DNA of 64,000 nucleotides. Source: an uncultured Verrucomicrobiae bacterium. Lineage in GTDB: Bacteria > Verrucomicrobiota > Verrucomicrobiia > Chthoniobacterales > JAFAMB01. The translations under genes and the position numbers were made by a program. The stretch is from the NCBI GenBank assembly GCA_963837955.1, contig CAWIPH010000002.1, positions 3,264,001 through 3,328,000 on the forward strand. The letters are read 5' to 3'. The notes beneath the pieces are model-generated. The model was not told the origin of the DNA. It saw only the letters and a list, made by a program, of their open reading frames with translations, and searched no databases. Positions 31,411-41,319 of the stretch are shown here, one piece after another (position 1 is the stretch's first letter; each line of letters starts with the position of its first letter).

Positions 31411-31725
31411 AAACTAAAAGGTTCTAAGGAGAGCAATTCACATGAAGCTAGGAATCTCCGCTCCTCTCATCAGTCCGAGCACGCTCATTGCAGCGAACCT
31501 GGCGATTGCAGGCAAGACTGAAGATGCGCATCAATCCCTCTCGCAAATAGACTCCACAAACCTTGTTAAGCGCAGAGCAGACGGCTGATACCGCCCAGCT
31601 AACTCGCTTTCCGAATTCGGGCTGGAGGCCAAGGCCAAGCTCCGATCGAGATACGAAGAACGCAGCGCTCGGCTCGCAAAACATGCCGCGTTCGTCGTCA
31701 GCAGACCCGAGGACCAGCACTGGCC

Positions 31726-32592
31726 TCAGGTTTCGATTAGCTTGATCAGCTTAGCGCTTTGATCCCGGAGGTTGTTGACCTCTTCCTTCGTCAAAGGCTT
31801 CGTCTGGCTCTTAGTGACGAGTTCGGCAATCTGGGTCACTCCTTTGGTGATCTCCTTAAAGCTGTCGTGCGTCGGGTCCACGGTCTTGTCGCCCTTGTTG
31901 CCACCTTTCTTGTTCACTTCGCTGGTCAATGCCTTTAATTGCTGGACGATAAGCGCCGGCAGAGGGCCTTGCCGAATGATAAGTGCACCCTTTTCCGAGT
32001 ATTGGGATGCCAGTGCGTCTGTTACTAGATGAACTCCGGCCAGCCACCCGGTGGCCATGGCCATGGTCGCCTCCTCTTTGCGGCTACCGGTCTTCAATTC
32101 CTTACCCACTTCATCGGCGATTTTCTTGACGGTTTCCTTCACGGAGACCCAGTCTCCGGCCTTCGCCTGCTGTTCCGCTGTATCTGCGTATGATTTGATG
32201 GTCCCAGCGACACTGAAAGACTTGGTCAGTTCAACTGCAGCGGAAGCGGCTTTCTGTAAAGCATCGTAGTCTTTCGCTTGGACCGCGATGAATGCAGCCG
32301 CCAACCGGACACCCAGATTCGAGATTTTTGCGACGTTGGTTGGATAATCGGTTTTTTGGAAATTCGGGTCGTTAACCTCTTTCTCCACTACTGTCTTCCA
32401 ATCGAAATTGGGGAATGCTTTATCGAGTTCATCGAAAAGGAGGTTCGGTGAAGGCACGTTACCGCTCTTTACAAATTGCTCCGCAGTGGTTCCTGACGGG
32501 GTAGGGCTTTGTGCTTGAGTGGTACAGACAGACGCGATCAGGACCGAAGCACAGAGTCCGGGCCGCCAGAGTGAGTGAAGAATTTTCGCCAT
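31726..32592 (-). CDS. Hypothetical secreted all-helical protein
   Basis: Signal peptide (TQA-QS); VPSP, Y.T..KISNLGV and TGWLAG motifs; amphipathic helices. Confidence 0.75.
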   Translation of the reverse strand: MAKILHSLWRPGLCASVLIASVCTTQAQSPTPSGTTAEQFVKSGNVPSPNLLFDELDKAFPNFDWKTVVEKEVNDPNFQKTDYPTNVAKISNLGVRLAAAFIAVQAKDYDALQKAASAAVELTKSFSVAGTIKSYADTAEQQAKAGDWVSVKETVKKIADEVGKELKTGSRKEEATMAMATGWLAGVHLVTDALASQYSEKGALIIRQGPLPALIVQQLKALTSEVNKKGGNKGDKTVDPTHDSFKEITKGVTQIAELVTKSQTKPLTKEEVNNLRDQSAKLIKLIET

Positions 32593-32924
32593 AAGTGCAC
32601 GTATTAGTCGACTCTCAGCTATCAGATTGCTAAAAAAATGCGAGCACGAAGCAACTTCGAGGAAGACGTTCATCGCCAAAAAGTGCGCAATTCGCCGGAA
32701 AAATTGCAGTTTCCTATGTTTTTCAGGTTGACAGGCCGGTCAAAAGCTTAGAGCCCATTCGCTTGATTATACGATGGGGGAAGCACGAGAACGAAAATCG
32801 TGATACAAAGGAGGCCCCGGAACCTTAGCGCGGCGGTCCGTAGACAAGTACGCGCAAAACTCCGGTGACACGCGAATTTTTTAGTGTCCGGTGAGAGTGA
32901 AATATTGGAGACACCGCGAGAAAG

Positions 32925-33653
32925 ATGTCGGATACGGATTACCCGTCCCAAACGAACGAAACAAAACCAGTCCACCTAGATTATCGCGTCGGCGCGGTAA
33001 GCAGGCAGCGGATGGTCGGTGTGGCAGTGGGCGTTGGTTTCTTTCTTGCTACAATAATTCCTTTGCTGGGAGCGGAATGGGTTCAGATCAATAGCAACCC
33101 GAACTTAACCGTCTATGCTAAAGATCGCCCGGGCAGCTCGATAAAAGAGATCCGAGCGGTCGGAATTGTCGATGCGCCGAGTTGGGTAGTTCGAAACCTC
33201 CTGGAGGAAGTTGCAGATTACCCCGAATTCATGCCTTATACATCGAAGACCCAGCTGATCGAACGGAGACCGAACGGGGCCATCGTCTATTTTCGTTGGG
33301 ACCCGCCGATCATCGGAGCACGGGACGTGACAGTAGCCATAACCGAAAACTCCGCTAAACATGCGGACGGGAACTCTAGTTATCGACTGCGATGGGAGCC
33401 GATCACTTCTCTCGGCCCGGCGCCAGCTCCTGGCGTGATCCGAATTACCCTCGACGAAGGTTCATGGAACCTCGAACCGACCGACGATGGAAAGAGGACT
33501 ACCATCACTTACGATCTAATTACCGACGGAGGTGGTGGCTTGCCAGCGTTTGCCATCAATTTAGCGAACCGGCAGAGCGTCAGCGACCTCTTTCAAGGGA
33601 TTCGAAAACAAGTGACATCGCCAAAATACTCTCAGCGAAGTTCATCGCAGTGA
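32925..33653 (+). CDS. START/SRPBCC lipid-binding domain protein, probably exported
   Basis: W..I..N.NLTVY, IKEIRAVG, YPEFMPY, PPIIGARD, GSWNLEP, GGGLPAFAIN. Confidence 0.82.
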   Translation: MSDTDYPSQTNETKPVHLDYRVGAVSRQRMVGVAVGVGFFLATIIPLLGAEWVQINSNPNLTVYAKDRPGSSIKEIRAVGIVDAPSWVVRNLLEEVADYPEFMPYTSKTQLIERRPNGAIVYFRWDPPIIGARDVTVAITENSAKHADGNSSYRLRWEPITSLGPAPAPGVIRITLDEGSWNLEPTDDGKRTTITYDLITDGGGGLPAFAINLANRQSVSDLFQGIRKQVTSPKYSQRSSSQ

Positions 33654-33715
33654 ACGCGCGTGGCCTTGAAACGCCGCCAAACGACAGATCTGGTCGCGGC
33701 GCCAGTTCTCCAAGA

Positions 33716-35245
33716 CTACTCTGAGCGATCCAGCGCAGCCAGACGATCCAAAAGATCGTCGTAACTCTTCGCGTCGCGGATCGTGGCGTTTAACCGCTCG
33801 ACCCCTTCTTCCCGAGAAGCGTGATTAAAAGATACCCGGTACTGGTAAGCATCCTGGCCAAAAACCACTTCATCCCAGTGGATGGATTGAATTTGCGGAT
33901 TAAATCGAGCAACGGCTCGACCTCGAAAATAAGCGCGAGTCGTTTCCGGCGGGTTGAACACCGCATTCTTAATTTCGTCCTCAGACAAAATCCTCCGCAT
34001 CTGATTCTGTCGGACTAACTCAGCATGTAGCCCCTGCTCCCACGAGATATTGTGGTACTCGAGATCGATCGATTGCAGCCACGGATCGCTCCAGTCCAGA
34101 CGTTCGCTCTCTTGAAACGTGTTCAGTAGAAATTTTTTGGCGACCCAGTCGATGCGGTCGACGCAATTCATTACCTCCACATCGAGATCGTTAAGAATCT
34201 TTTCCCATTCCGTCAGAACCCACTCAGTGTCTGGATTGGAGCGATCACAGAATTTCAGCGCCTTCCCCAGATACATTCGTTGAACATCGATCGCGGAGAT
34301 TTTGCGACCGTCCTTCAACTCAATGATCCAATCGAAAGTCTGATCGCGGCTAATCGACTTGGTGGCATCGATTGGCTGCGCGATTTCTAGCTGCGGTGCT
34401 TCCCGCTTCTCGATGAGCTCCAGGACTAGCGACATTGTTCCGATCTTCATCGCCGTCGCAAATTCGCTCATATTGGAGTCCCCCAAAATCACGTGGAACC
34501 GTCGATACTTCCCAGGGTCCGCGTGCGGCTCATCCCGAGTATTAACGATTGGCCGGCGGTTCATCGTATCGATGCTGACGAGCACACTAAAGAAATCCGC
34601 ACGCTGGGAGATTTGGAAAATACCAGGCTGTCCGACGGATCCTTCGCCCTCAATACCGAGCTTCCCGGCTCCAGCAAAAATTTGTCGCGTCACCAAAAAC
34701 GGAACGACTTCCGCCACCAACCGATCCCAGGGGACCGTGCGACTCATGAGATAGTTATCGTGACATCCGTAGCTGTGTCCGACGAAATCAGTGTTGTTCT
34801 TGTAGAGCCGCACTTCCCGTTCAGGAGCTATTTTCCGATTACGGCGACGGACGCACTCCGCCAGAATCCTCTCACCAGCTTTGTCTTGGGCAACCAATTC
34901 GCGCAGCCGGGTGCACTCCGGCGTGGAATACTCCGGATGAGCGTGATCGTTATAAAACCGGGCGCCGTTACTGAGCACCAAGTCACTCTTAATTTCTTCG
35001 TAGCTTAGCGGACGATTCTTATCGAGCTCGTAGTAAGCAGATTCGTCGGTGTCCTGTAAAAGAGTTTGGGCTCGAAAACCGCGAGCATCGAGGTGTGGGT
35101 CTTCCAGCTCATAATCCCACTTCATGAGCGCTCCATGCTCAGTGTAGCAGCGAACCAGTTCAATCGATTCGGCGACCACGTCCACGTTATCGACTCCGTT
35201 TACGGTAATGCCGTACTCGGTCTCGATCCCAAAAACGCGTTTCAT
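33716..35245 (-). CDS. dop: Depupylase/deamidase Dop (PafA2 family)
   Basis: GIETEYG, Dop-loop WDYE.E.P..DARGF, NGARFYNDHAHPEYSTPE, YKNNTD..G.SYGCHDNYL, RPIVNTRDEPHAD, RRFHVILGD, DLEYH. Confidence 0.9.
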   Translation of the reverse strand: MKRVFGIETEYGITVNGVDNVDVVAESIELVRCYTEHGALMKWDYELEDPHLDARGFRAQTLLQDTDESAYYELDKNRPLSYEEIKSDLVLSNGARFYNDHAHPEYSTPECTRLRELVAQDKAGERILAECVRRRNRKIAPEREVRLYKNNTDFVGHSYGCHDNYLMSRTVPWDRLVAEVVPFLVTRQIFAGAGKLGIEGEGSVGQPGIFQISQRADFFSVLVSIDTMNRRPIVNTRDEPHADPGKYRRFHVILGDSNMSEFATAMKIGTMSLVLELIEKREAPQLEIAQPIDATKSISRDQTFDWIIELKDGRKISAIDVQRMYLGKALKFCDRSNPDTEWVLTEWEKILNDLDVEVMNCVDRIDWVAKKFLLNTFQESERLDWSDPWLQSIDLEYHNISWEQGLHAELVRQNQMRRILSEDEIKNAVFNPPETTRAYFRGRAVARFNPQIQSIHWDEVVFGQDAYQYRVSFNHASREEGVERLNATIRDAKSYDDLLDRLAALDRSE

Positions 35246-35267
35246 CAGCAGAGAGACGATGCAAACA

Positions 35268-36941
35268 TCAGATGACTCCAGAGGGTGCGGAGGATCTTGG
35301 TCCAGGACGAACCGGCTGGACTTTCACCACATTCTCCGAATCGTAATCGATCAGTTTGAGCCAATCTTCTACAATATCGGTCGGCGGAAAGATGTCATTC
35401 TCCGCGTACTCCATGTTCAGCGAAAGCAGCAAATCCGATTCGCTGATCCCCTCCTCCTGCATCGTATTAATCGCTCGCTTGATCGCCAATTCCTTTGCTC
35501 GCTCCACGATAGACGCAATGATAGCGCCGCTCACAAGGTCTCCGCGATAGAGGGTTTCGCGTTTTCCACTGCGAAGCGTGATTTCCAGGACACGATTCTC
35601 TTCCTTTCGGGAAAACTGGGCCTCTACCACCTTAGAAACAAGCTGTTCAACCGCTTGGTCGGCTCCTCCCGTCCGACGAACCAGTTCAGGGTCGAAAGGC
35701 AAATCCGGCGCGAGATAGATGCGATAAATCTCCGGGGCATCATCTCGGTTAGGCCGATTCACTTTAATCTTCCGGTCGATTCGGCCAGGCCGAAGAATCG
35801 CGGGGTCAATCAAATCGGCTCGGTTGGAAGCCAGAATAATGACAACTTGGTTTAAGGATTCGATCCCGTCCATCTCCGTGCAAAACATCGGAACCAGCGT
35901 TGACAGAATGTTTGAATAACGACCGGCTCGCCGCGTGCCCAAGATGCTCTCGGCTTCGTCGATGAAGATAAATGGGAGAAATCCTTCCTTTCGTTTCTCG
36001 CGAGCAGTCGCAAAAATCTCGCGAACAGTTCGCTCCGATTCACCAACCCACATGTTAAGGATTTCCGGGCCCTTAATATGCATAAAGAATTGCAGCATAT
36101 CTTCCCCGGTCTTCTGCTTCAGCTGCCGGGTCAGATTGTAAGCTGTGGCCTTGCCCAACAGCGTCTTTCCACAACCGGGCGGGCCATAAAGCAAAAATCC
36201 TTTCGGCGTCTGGTGCTGAAACTTCGAAAAGAGGTCGGCATGAAGCAGAGGTAGTTCGATCGCGTCTTTAATCGCGCTGAGCGCTTCGGCCTGGCCACCC
36301 ACTTTATCCCAAGAAATTTCCGGAACAGCCTCCAAATAATAGTCTTGCGTATTGGATTGACTCAGCAGTTCGATGGCAATCCGATAACTGGCATCGACTC
36401 GGATTTCGTCGCCCACCTTCAACGCCTCCTTCAGAAGATCCTGTGAGCGCTGCAGAACGATAGATTGTACGCCGTGCTCCTGGCCAACCCGCAACCGATC
36501 CTGACCAAGGATTTCTGTAATCTTGGTGACAGGGCCAGCTGGATCATAGCCGAGGTCGCCGACGACGACATACGCCTCATTCACCAGAACCCGAGTCCCT
36601 TTCTTTAGTTTCGCGATACTGATTCGAGGATCGACGTTACAGTAATAATCCGAACCACCCACGACAATCTGGGCGGTCTCCTTGTTCGGACTACCCAGAT
36701 AAGTTCCAATGCGATTTGCCGGAGAGGTGACCTTCTTGATTACTTCGTCCAGCTTCTCGATCGTTTGCCGAGCCTCTGATATCATTTCCTCCTGTTCGGC
36801 AACATTCGAGCGCAGCGCTATCAATTCGCTGCGGGTTGGATCGCCAGGTGGCAGACTTGCGATGATTCGTTCTAGGAATTCAAGAGGAGTTGCGGGCTCG
36901 GCACCATAACCCCCATGCTCGGGTGCTCTTTCTTCGTTCAT
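35268..36941 (-). CDS. arc: Proteasome-associated AAA+ ATPase ARC/Mpa
   Basis: N-terminal coiled coil and OB domains, GPPGCGKT, IKGPEILNMWVGESER, FIDE, ASNRADLIDPAILRPGRIDRKI; directly upstream of dop. Confidence 0.92.
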   Translation of the reverse strand: MNEERAPEHGGYGAEPATPLEFLERIIASLPPGDPTRSELIALRSNVAEQEEMISEARQTIEKLDEVIKKVTSPANRIGTYLGSPNKETAQIVVGGSDYYCNVDPRISIAKLKKGTRVLVNEAYVVVGDLGYDPAGPVTKITEILGQDRLRVGQEHGVQSIVLQRSQDLLKEALKVGDEIRVDASYRIAIELLSQSNTQDYYLEAVPEISWDKVGGQAEALSAIKDAIELPLLHADLFSKFQHQTPKGFLLYGPPGCGKTLLGKATAYNLTRQLKQKTGEDMLQFFMHIKGPEILNMWVGESERTVREIFATAREKRKEGFLPFIFIDEAESILGTRRAGRYSNILSTLVPMFCTEMDGIESLNQVVIILASNRADLIDPAILRPGRIDRKIKVNRPNRDDAPEIYRIYLAPDLPFDPELVRRTGGADQAVEQLVSKVVEAQFSRKEENRVLEITLRSGKRETLYRGDLVSGAIIASIVERAKELAIKRAINTMQEEGISESDLLLSLNMEYAENDIFPPTDIVEDWLKLIDYDSENVVKVQPVRPGPRSSAPSGVI

Positions 36942-37254
36942 TTGTACTTCTTAATCACTCCGCTCTCCAACTATAGTCGGGTCAGCCATCAGTGGCAATC
37001 CGGTAGTCATTTCACGTTAGCCTGTTCTTTACCGGATCATGGCGGACACTGCAAATCTGGCTCGTCAGCGGCGTTTTGAAAGACCTTGTACAGCTGGTCC
37101 CGGGCCAGCTGGAATCTTTTTTTGGAAAAAATTGGGTCGAGGCGTTTTGCCGCCGCGAACAAGCGCCTACTCGGTTTCCGCGCCACCATTTAGTTCGTTT
37201 TTGGCGTCGTAAGTGGGGGTTCCACTTCGAATTGCCGGTTGCACGTCAACACCA

Positions 37255-37873
37255 ACCGACGCTGGAATAGCGCCCACGATCGGTAGGCGAACGCTCTTGC
37301 GTGAGCCGCTCAGGGGGTCCCGGCTCAAATAAATTTTCGCCCCTACCGGCGCTGGATCAACGCCCATGATTGGTAGGGCGAACGCTCTTGCGTGAGCCGC
37401 TCAGGGGGTCCCGGCTCAAATAAATTTTCGCCCCTACCGGCGCTGGATCAACGCCCATGATTGGTAGGGCGAACGCTTTTGCGTGAGCCGCTCAGGGGGT
37501 CCCGGCTCAAATAAATTTTCGCCCTACCGACGCTGGATCAACGCCCACGATTGGTAGGGCGAACGCTTTTGCGTGAGCCGCTCAGGGGATTCCCGGCTCA
37601 AATAAATTTTCGCCCTACCGGCGCTGGATCAACGCCCACGATTGGTAGGGCGAACGCTTTTGCGTGAGCCGCTCAGGGGGTCCCGGCTCAAATAAATTTT
37701 CGCCCTACCGGGGCTGGATCAACGCCCATGATTGGTAGAGCGAACGCTTTTGCGTGAGCCGATCGGGGATTCCCGGCTCAAATAAATTTTCGCCCTACCG
37801 ACGCTGAACCAACGCCCACGATTGGTAGGGCGAACGCTTTTGCGTGAGCCGCTCAGGGGGTTCCCGGCTCAAA
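37255..37873. repeat. Tandem array of 7 ~90-91 bp GTAG-type REP-like palindromic units (last one truncated)
   Basis: ggtag starts at 37282, 37372, 37463, 37553, 37644, 37734 and 37824; outer stem ggtagggcgaa/ttcgccctacc, inner stem gagccg/cggctc. Confidence 0.93.
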
Positions 37874-38073
37874 ATGCAGTATGATGTTACCCTGCGAGTT
37901 CTAACCGTCACCTCCAGGCGTTCGGACCTGAAAAAGGTTACGTTTCTCCCCAGCTCTTCGACGAATCCGGAACGGAAGAAAATTGCTTGCTAATGGCCTG
38001 CTTAGCGCTCAGAAATCACACCGGTTCTTTGCGAATTTAGCCTCCGAGAGCGCTGCACCGAGCGATAGCTGCC

Positions 38074-38240
38074 GGTGTACCGATCTTGGAAAAGCGCGCG
38101 TCGAAATGAGGAACCCCGTGAGAATCGGGGACAGTTGCGCTGCTGTATCTGGATACAAGTTTTCGGATGCCAGTCTCTTTGGTTTAGAGGCGAAGGCGAA
38201 AACAAGGTTTGAAGCCAGGAGTCAGAATATTTGTTCGACG
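38074..38240 (+). ncRNA. Cobalamin riboswitch
   Basis: aggaa-ccccgtgagaatcgggg-acag..ctgta, gcca..gaaggc, gttttcg/cgaaaac stem and B12-box-like gagtcagaa; lies upstream of a BtuB-like receptor. Confidence 0.8.
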
Positions 38241-38359
38241 TGGCCCTCATTCGCACGCCCAGAGTAGGGCGTTGCGGAAAAACTTCTTCGCAAAAAAAGA
38301 AGAATGAGAGAGGCCGTCAGACGACAGGTCGCTCTCCCTAAGATCTACAATGACCTGTT

Positions 38360-40228
38360 ATGACCAAACGCTTCGTTCTGTGCTGTGCAGTTTGCATGGC
38401 GACGTTTCCCTTAACTACATTCGCTCAAACCCCCTCGCCAAGTCCGGCGCAGGAAATGCAACCGATCACGGTGACCGCGACTCGCCTCGAAACTCCCGAG
38501 GATCGCTCGCCCTCCGCGATTAGCGTGATATCGGATTCAGACATCGAGCTGCATCAGTATCGATTTGCCTCCGACGCTCTCCAGTCTGTACCTGGAGTAA
38601 ACGTCGTTCAGACCGGAGTTCCGGGCCAATTAACTTCCGTCTTTATTCGAGGTACCCGTAGCGACCAGACTCAAGTTTTGTTGGATGGGATTCCTTTCAA
38701 TCAAGGACTCTCTGGAGCATTCAATTTCGCGGATTTTACCAATGACAATATCAGCAGAATCGAGGTGATTCGGGGACCGCAAAGCGCGCTTTACGGTTCA
38801 CAAGCTTCCGGCGGCGTGATTAATCTCATCACCCGCCGCGGTGAAGGGCAGCCGACCGGGTCGACATATTTCGAGGCTGGGTCGTACGATTCGTTCCGCG
38901 AAGCAGGCGGTGCCAGCGGTCAGTTTGGTCCGATCGATTTCTCATTCGGGATCAGTCGATATGACACGGAAAACTCGCGACAAAACAACGGGTATCGTTC
39001 GCTATCGTTATTGGGCGACATCGGCTTTTCTCCGGTTAAGGCTTTGCGGATCGGGCTCGTCTATTATTACAATTACGCAGACGTTGGATTGCCAAATACA
39101 ATTTTCAATCCCCAGCCATACGATAACTTTCGCACCGAGCGCGTGCTCTTGGCTCCGACGCTGGAGTTCACACCCACGGATTGGTGGAGGAACAAAGTCT
39201 ATTTCGCTTACGACCAAGAGCGCCAGATTAACAATCCTAACCGGCTCGACCCATTCACTGGCCCAACTCGCGGGATGTTCCGGCGATTTCAATTCGAATA
39301 TCAGACCGACATTACGCCGGTGACTTGGCTGACGCTCACCGCCGGAACCTATTACAACCACACCGACGTCTATCAGGAGCGGCCCGAAACGCTGCTCGGC
39401 AATCCTCTGATCCGTGATAAAACGGAAAACGTTGCCGGCTTTGGCCAGCTTAAGCTGACTCCATTAAAGGACCTCGACCTGTACGGCGGCATCCGCTACG
39501 ACCATTTTAGCAGTTTCGCCGGACGCTTCACCTATCGGCTAGCGGCCAATTATCTCGTTCCGTGCACCGGAACGATCTTGCGGTCCAGCTATGGTACTGG
39601 ATTTACGCCACCCAGCAGTCAGGATAAAATCTTTGGCGGAAATCCGCACCTCTTTGCTGATCGCGACAAGGGATTTGATATTGGCTTCGAGCAACCGCTG
39701 GCCAACGACCGGCTGAGAATTGGCGCCAATTTTTTCTACAGCACTTCTTCGAATACGGTCGGTTTTAACAACAATTTCCAAGCTTTCAATTTAGGCAAAG
39801 ATCGGATTCAGGGCGTCGAGCTGTTTGCGGTCGTGCATCCGCTCCCCAATCTGACTTTAGCAGCGAGCTATACTTACCTCGACGCCATTACCACCTCGGG
39901 TGCCGACATCAGCCAACCTGCTGGTTCTCGCTTACCTCGACGACCCAGGAACCAATTTTACGGCTCGATATCTTACGAATGGTGTCATCGCCTCGACACC
40001 ACGTTAGAGCTCGTGACGGTTAACGCTCGCCAAGATGAAAACTTCGGTGCCCCCAATGTCAACTTGGAAGACTACACAGTGCTACGCTTCGCGTGTGAGT
40101 TTCGAGTGACAGATTATTTCAGTCTGACTGGGCGTATTGAAAACCTAACCGACGAAAAATATGCGGAAGTTTTTGGTTTTCCGGCGCTTGGACGGACTTT
40201 TTACGGCGGATTGCGATTGCATTTTTGA
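38360..40228 (+). CDS. btuB: TonB-dependent cobalamin receptor BtuB-like
   Basis: ITVTATR, SVFIRG, VLLDG, RIEVIRGPQSALYGS..GGVINLIT, ENLTDEKY, terminal F; preceded by the riboswitch. Confidence 0.85.
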   Translation: MTKRFVLCCAVCMATFPLTTFAQTPSPSPAQEMQPITVTATRLETPEDRSPSAISVISDSDIELHQYRFASDALQSVPGVNVVQTGVPGQLTSVFIRGTRSDQTQVLLDGIPFNQGLSGAFNFADFTNDNISRIEVIRGPQSALYGSQASGGVINLITRRGEGQPTGSTYFEAGSYDSFREAGGASGQFGPIDFSFGISRYDTENSRQNNGYRSLSLLGDIGFSPVKALRIGLVYYYNYADVGLPNTIFNPQPYDNFRTERVLLAPTLEFTPTDWWRNKVYFAYDQERQINNPNRLDPFTGPTRGMFRRFQFEYQTDITPVTWLTLTAGTYYNHTDVYQERPETLLGNPLIRDKTENVAGFGQLKLTPLKDLDLYGGIRYDHFSSFAGRFTYRLAANYLVPCTGTILRSSYGTGFTPPSSQDKIFGGNPHLFADRDKGFDIGFEQPLANDRLRIGANFFYSTSSNTVGFNNNFQAFNLGKDRIQGVELFAVVHPLPNLTLAASYTYLDAITTSGADISQPAGSRLPRRPRNQFYGSISYEWCHRLDTTLELVTVNARQDENFGAPNVNLEDYTVLRFACEFRVTDYFSLTGRIENLTDEKYAEVFGFPALGRTFYGGLRLHF

Positions 40229-40286
40229 AGGAAGATCGATTCCGAAATCCTTGCATGCCCAAGAGGAATGCTGATATTCGTTCCTG

Positions 40287-41309
40287 ATGCTGAACACCCT
40301 CAAGGAACCTCAGAGGGATGCCCTCCAATCTGGGTTCCAGGAACAGTATGTGAAGGCATTCAAGTGGATGCTTCTCGCAAGAACGGTCGAAGAAAAAGTC
40401 GCGAATCTGTGGCGCGCCGGCAAGATAGCTGGCGGAGTCTACATCGGAAAGGGTCAAGAAGCGGTAAGCGTTGCGATCGGTACGACGTTGAAACGCGGTG
40501 ATATCTTCGCGCCACTTATTCGTGATCAAGCCGGCCGTTTGGCTTTTGGAGAGCCGGTACTGGATATCCTGAGAACTTACCTAGGAGTCAAAACGGCTCC
40601 GACCCGCGGACGTGACGGTAACGTTCATCGCGGCCGTCCGAAAGAAGGCACTTACCCGATGATCAGTCATTTAGGTGCGATGATTTCCGTGGTCGCAGGA
40701 TCTTTGCTCGCTCGTCGGATGAAAGGCATCACCGGAACTGTGGGAGCGACTTCCATCGGAGATGGCGGTACTTCCACGGGCGCGTTCCACGAGGGAATAA
40801 ATTTTGCCGCCGTCGAGAAACTGCCCCTGGTCCTGGTCGTGACAAATAACCAATACGCGTATTCCACACCAAACAGCAGGCAATTCGCTTGTCATGATCT
40901 GGTCGACAAGGCCATTGGCTATGGAATTGAAGGCTATGCGATGGATGGCACCGACCTACGACAATGTCTTGAGGTCGTCGGTCACGCTGTAGATCGCGCC
41001 CGAAGCGGGGCCGGCCCGCAATTGGTAGTAGCAGCTTGCCTGCGCCTTACTGGTCACGCGGAACATGATGACGCATCCTACATGGACGAACACCTTTTCA
41101 AGGAGCCATTAGGCCGCGATTGCCTCGAGGTGACCGAATCTTTTCTCCTAGAACAGCAATGGGCCGACGAAAGTACCTTGACGAGTTGGAGGCGGGAGGC
41201 GAAAGCGGAAGTCGAAGCTGCAACCCAACAGGTTCAACGCGAGCCGGCTTGTTCCCCCGCAGACGAGGATTGGATGCCTCTTGCAACCCGAAGGCTGGCC
41301 GATTTTTGA
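40287..41309 (+). CDS. 2-oxoacid dehydrogenase E1 alpha subunit
   Basis: GQEA, GDGG...NNQYA TPP-binding motif, RLTGHAEHDD. Confidence 0.92.
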   Translation: MLNTLKEPQRDALQSGFQEQYVKAFKWMLLARTVEEKVANLWRAGKIAGGVYIGKGQEAVSVAIGTTLKRGDIFAPLIRDQAGRLAFGEPVLDILRTYLGVKTAPTRGRDGNVHRGRPKEGTYPMISHLGAMISVVAGSLLARRMKGITGTVGATSIGDGGTSTGAFHEGINFAAVEKLPLVLVVTNNQYAYSTPNSRQFACHDLVDKAIGYGIEGYAMDGTDLRQCLEVVGHAVDRARSGAGPQLVVAACLRLTGHAEHDDASYMDEHLFKEPLGRDCLEVTESFLLEQQWADESTLTSWRREAKAEVEAATQQVQREPACSPADEDWMPLATRRLADF

Positions 41310-41319
41310 TTTCTAGCGA

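Noticed and set aside
37167..37367. Pup/UBact candidate upstream of arc (ends ..GGAETE)
   Set aside because: It starts inside the repeat array, lacks a terminal GG[EQ] or [ST]G[EQ], and lacks the acidic helical character of Pup.
37255..37873. CRISPR array
   Set aside because: The whole 90-bp unit is repeated, there are no unique spacers, and no cas genes are in the window.
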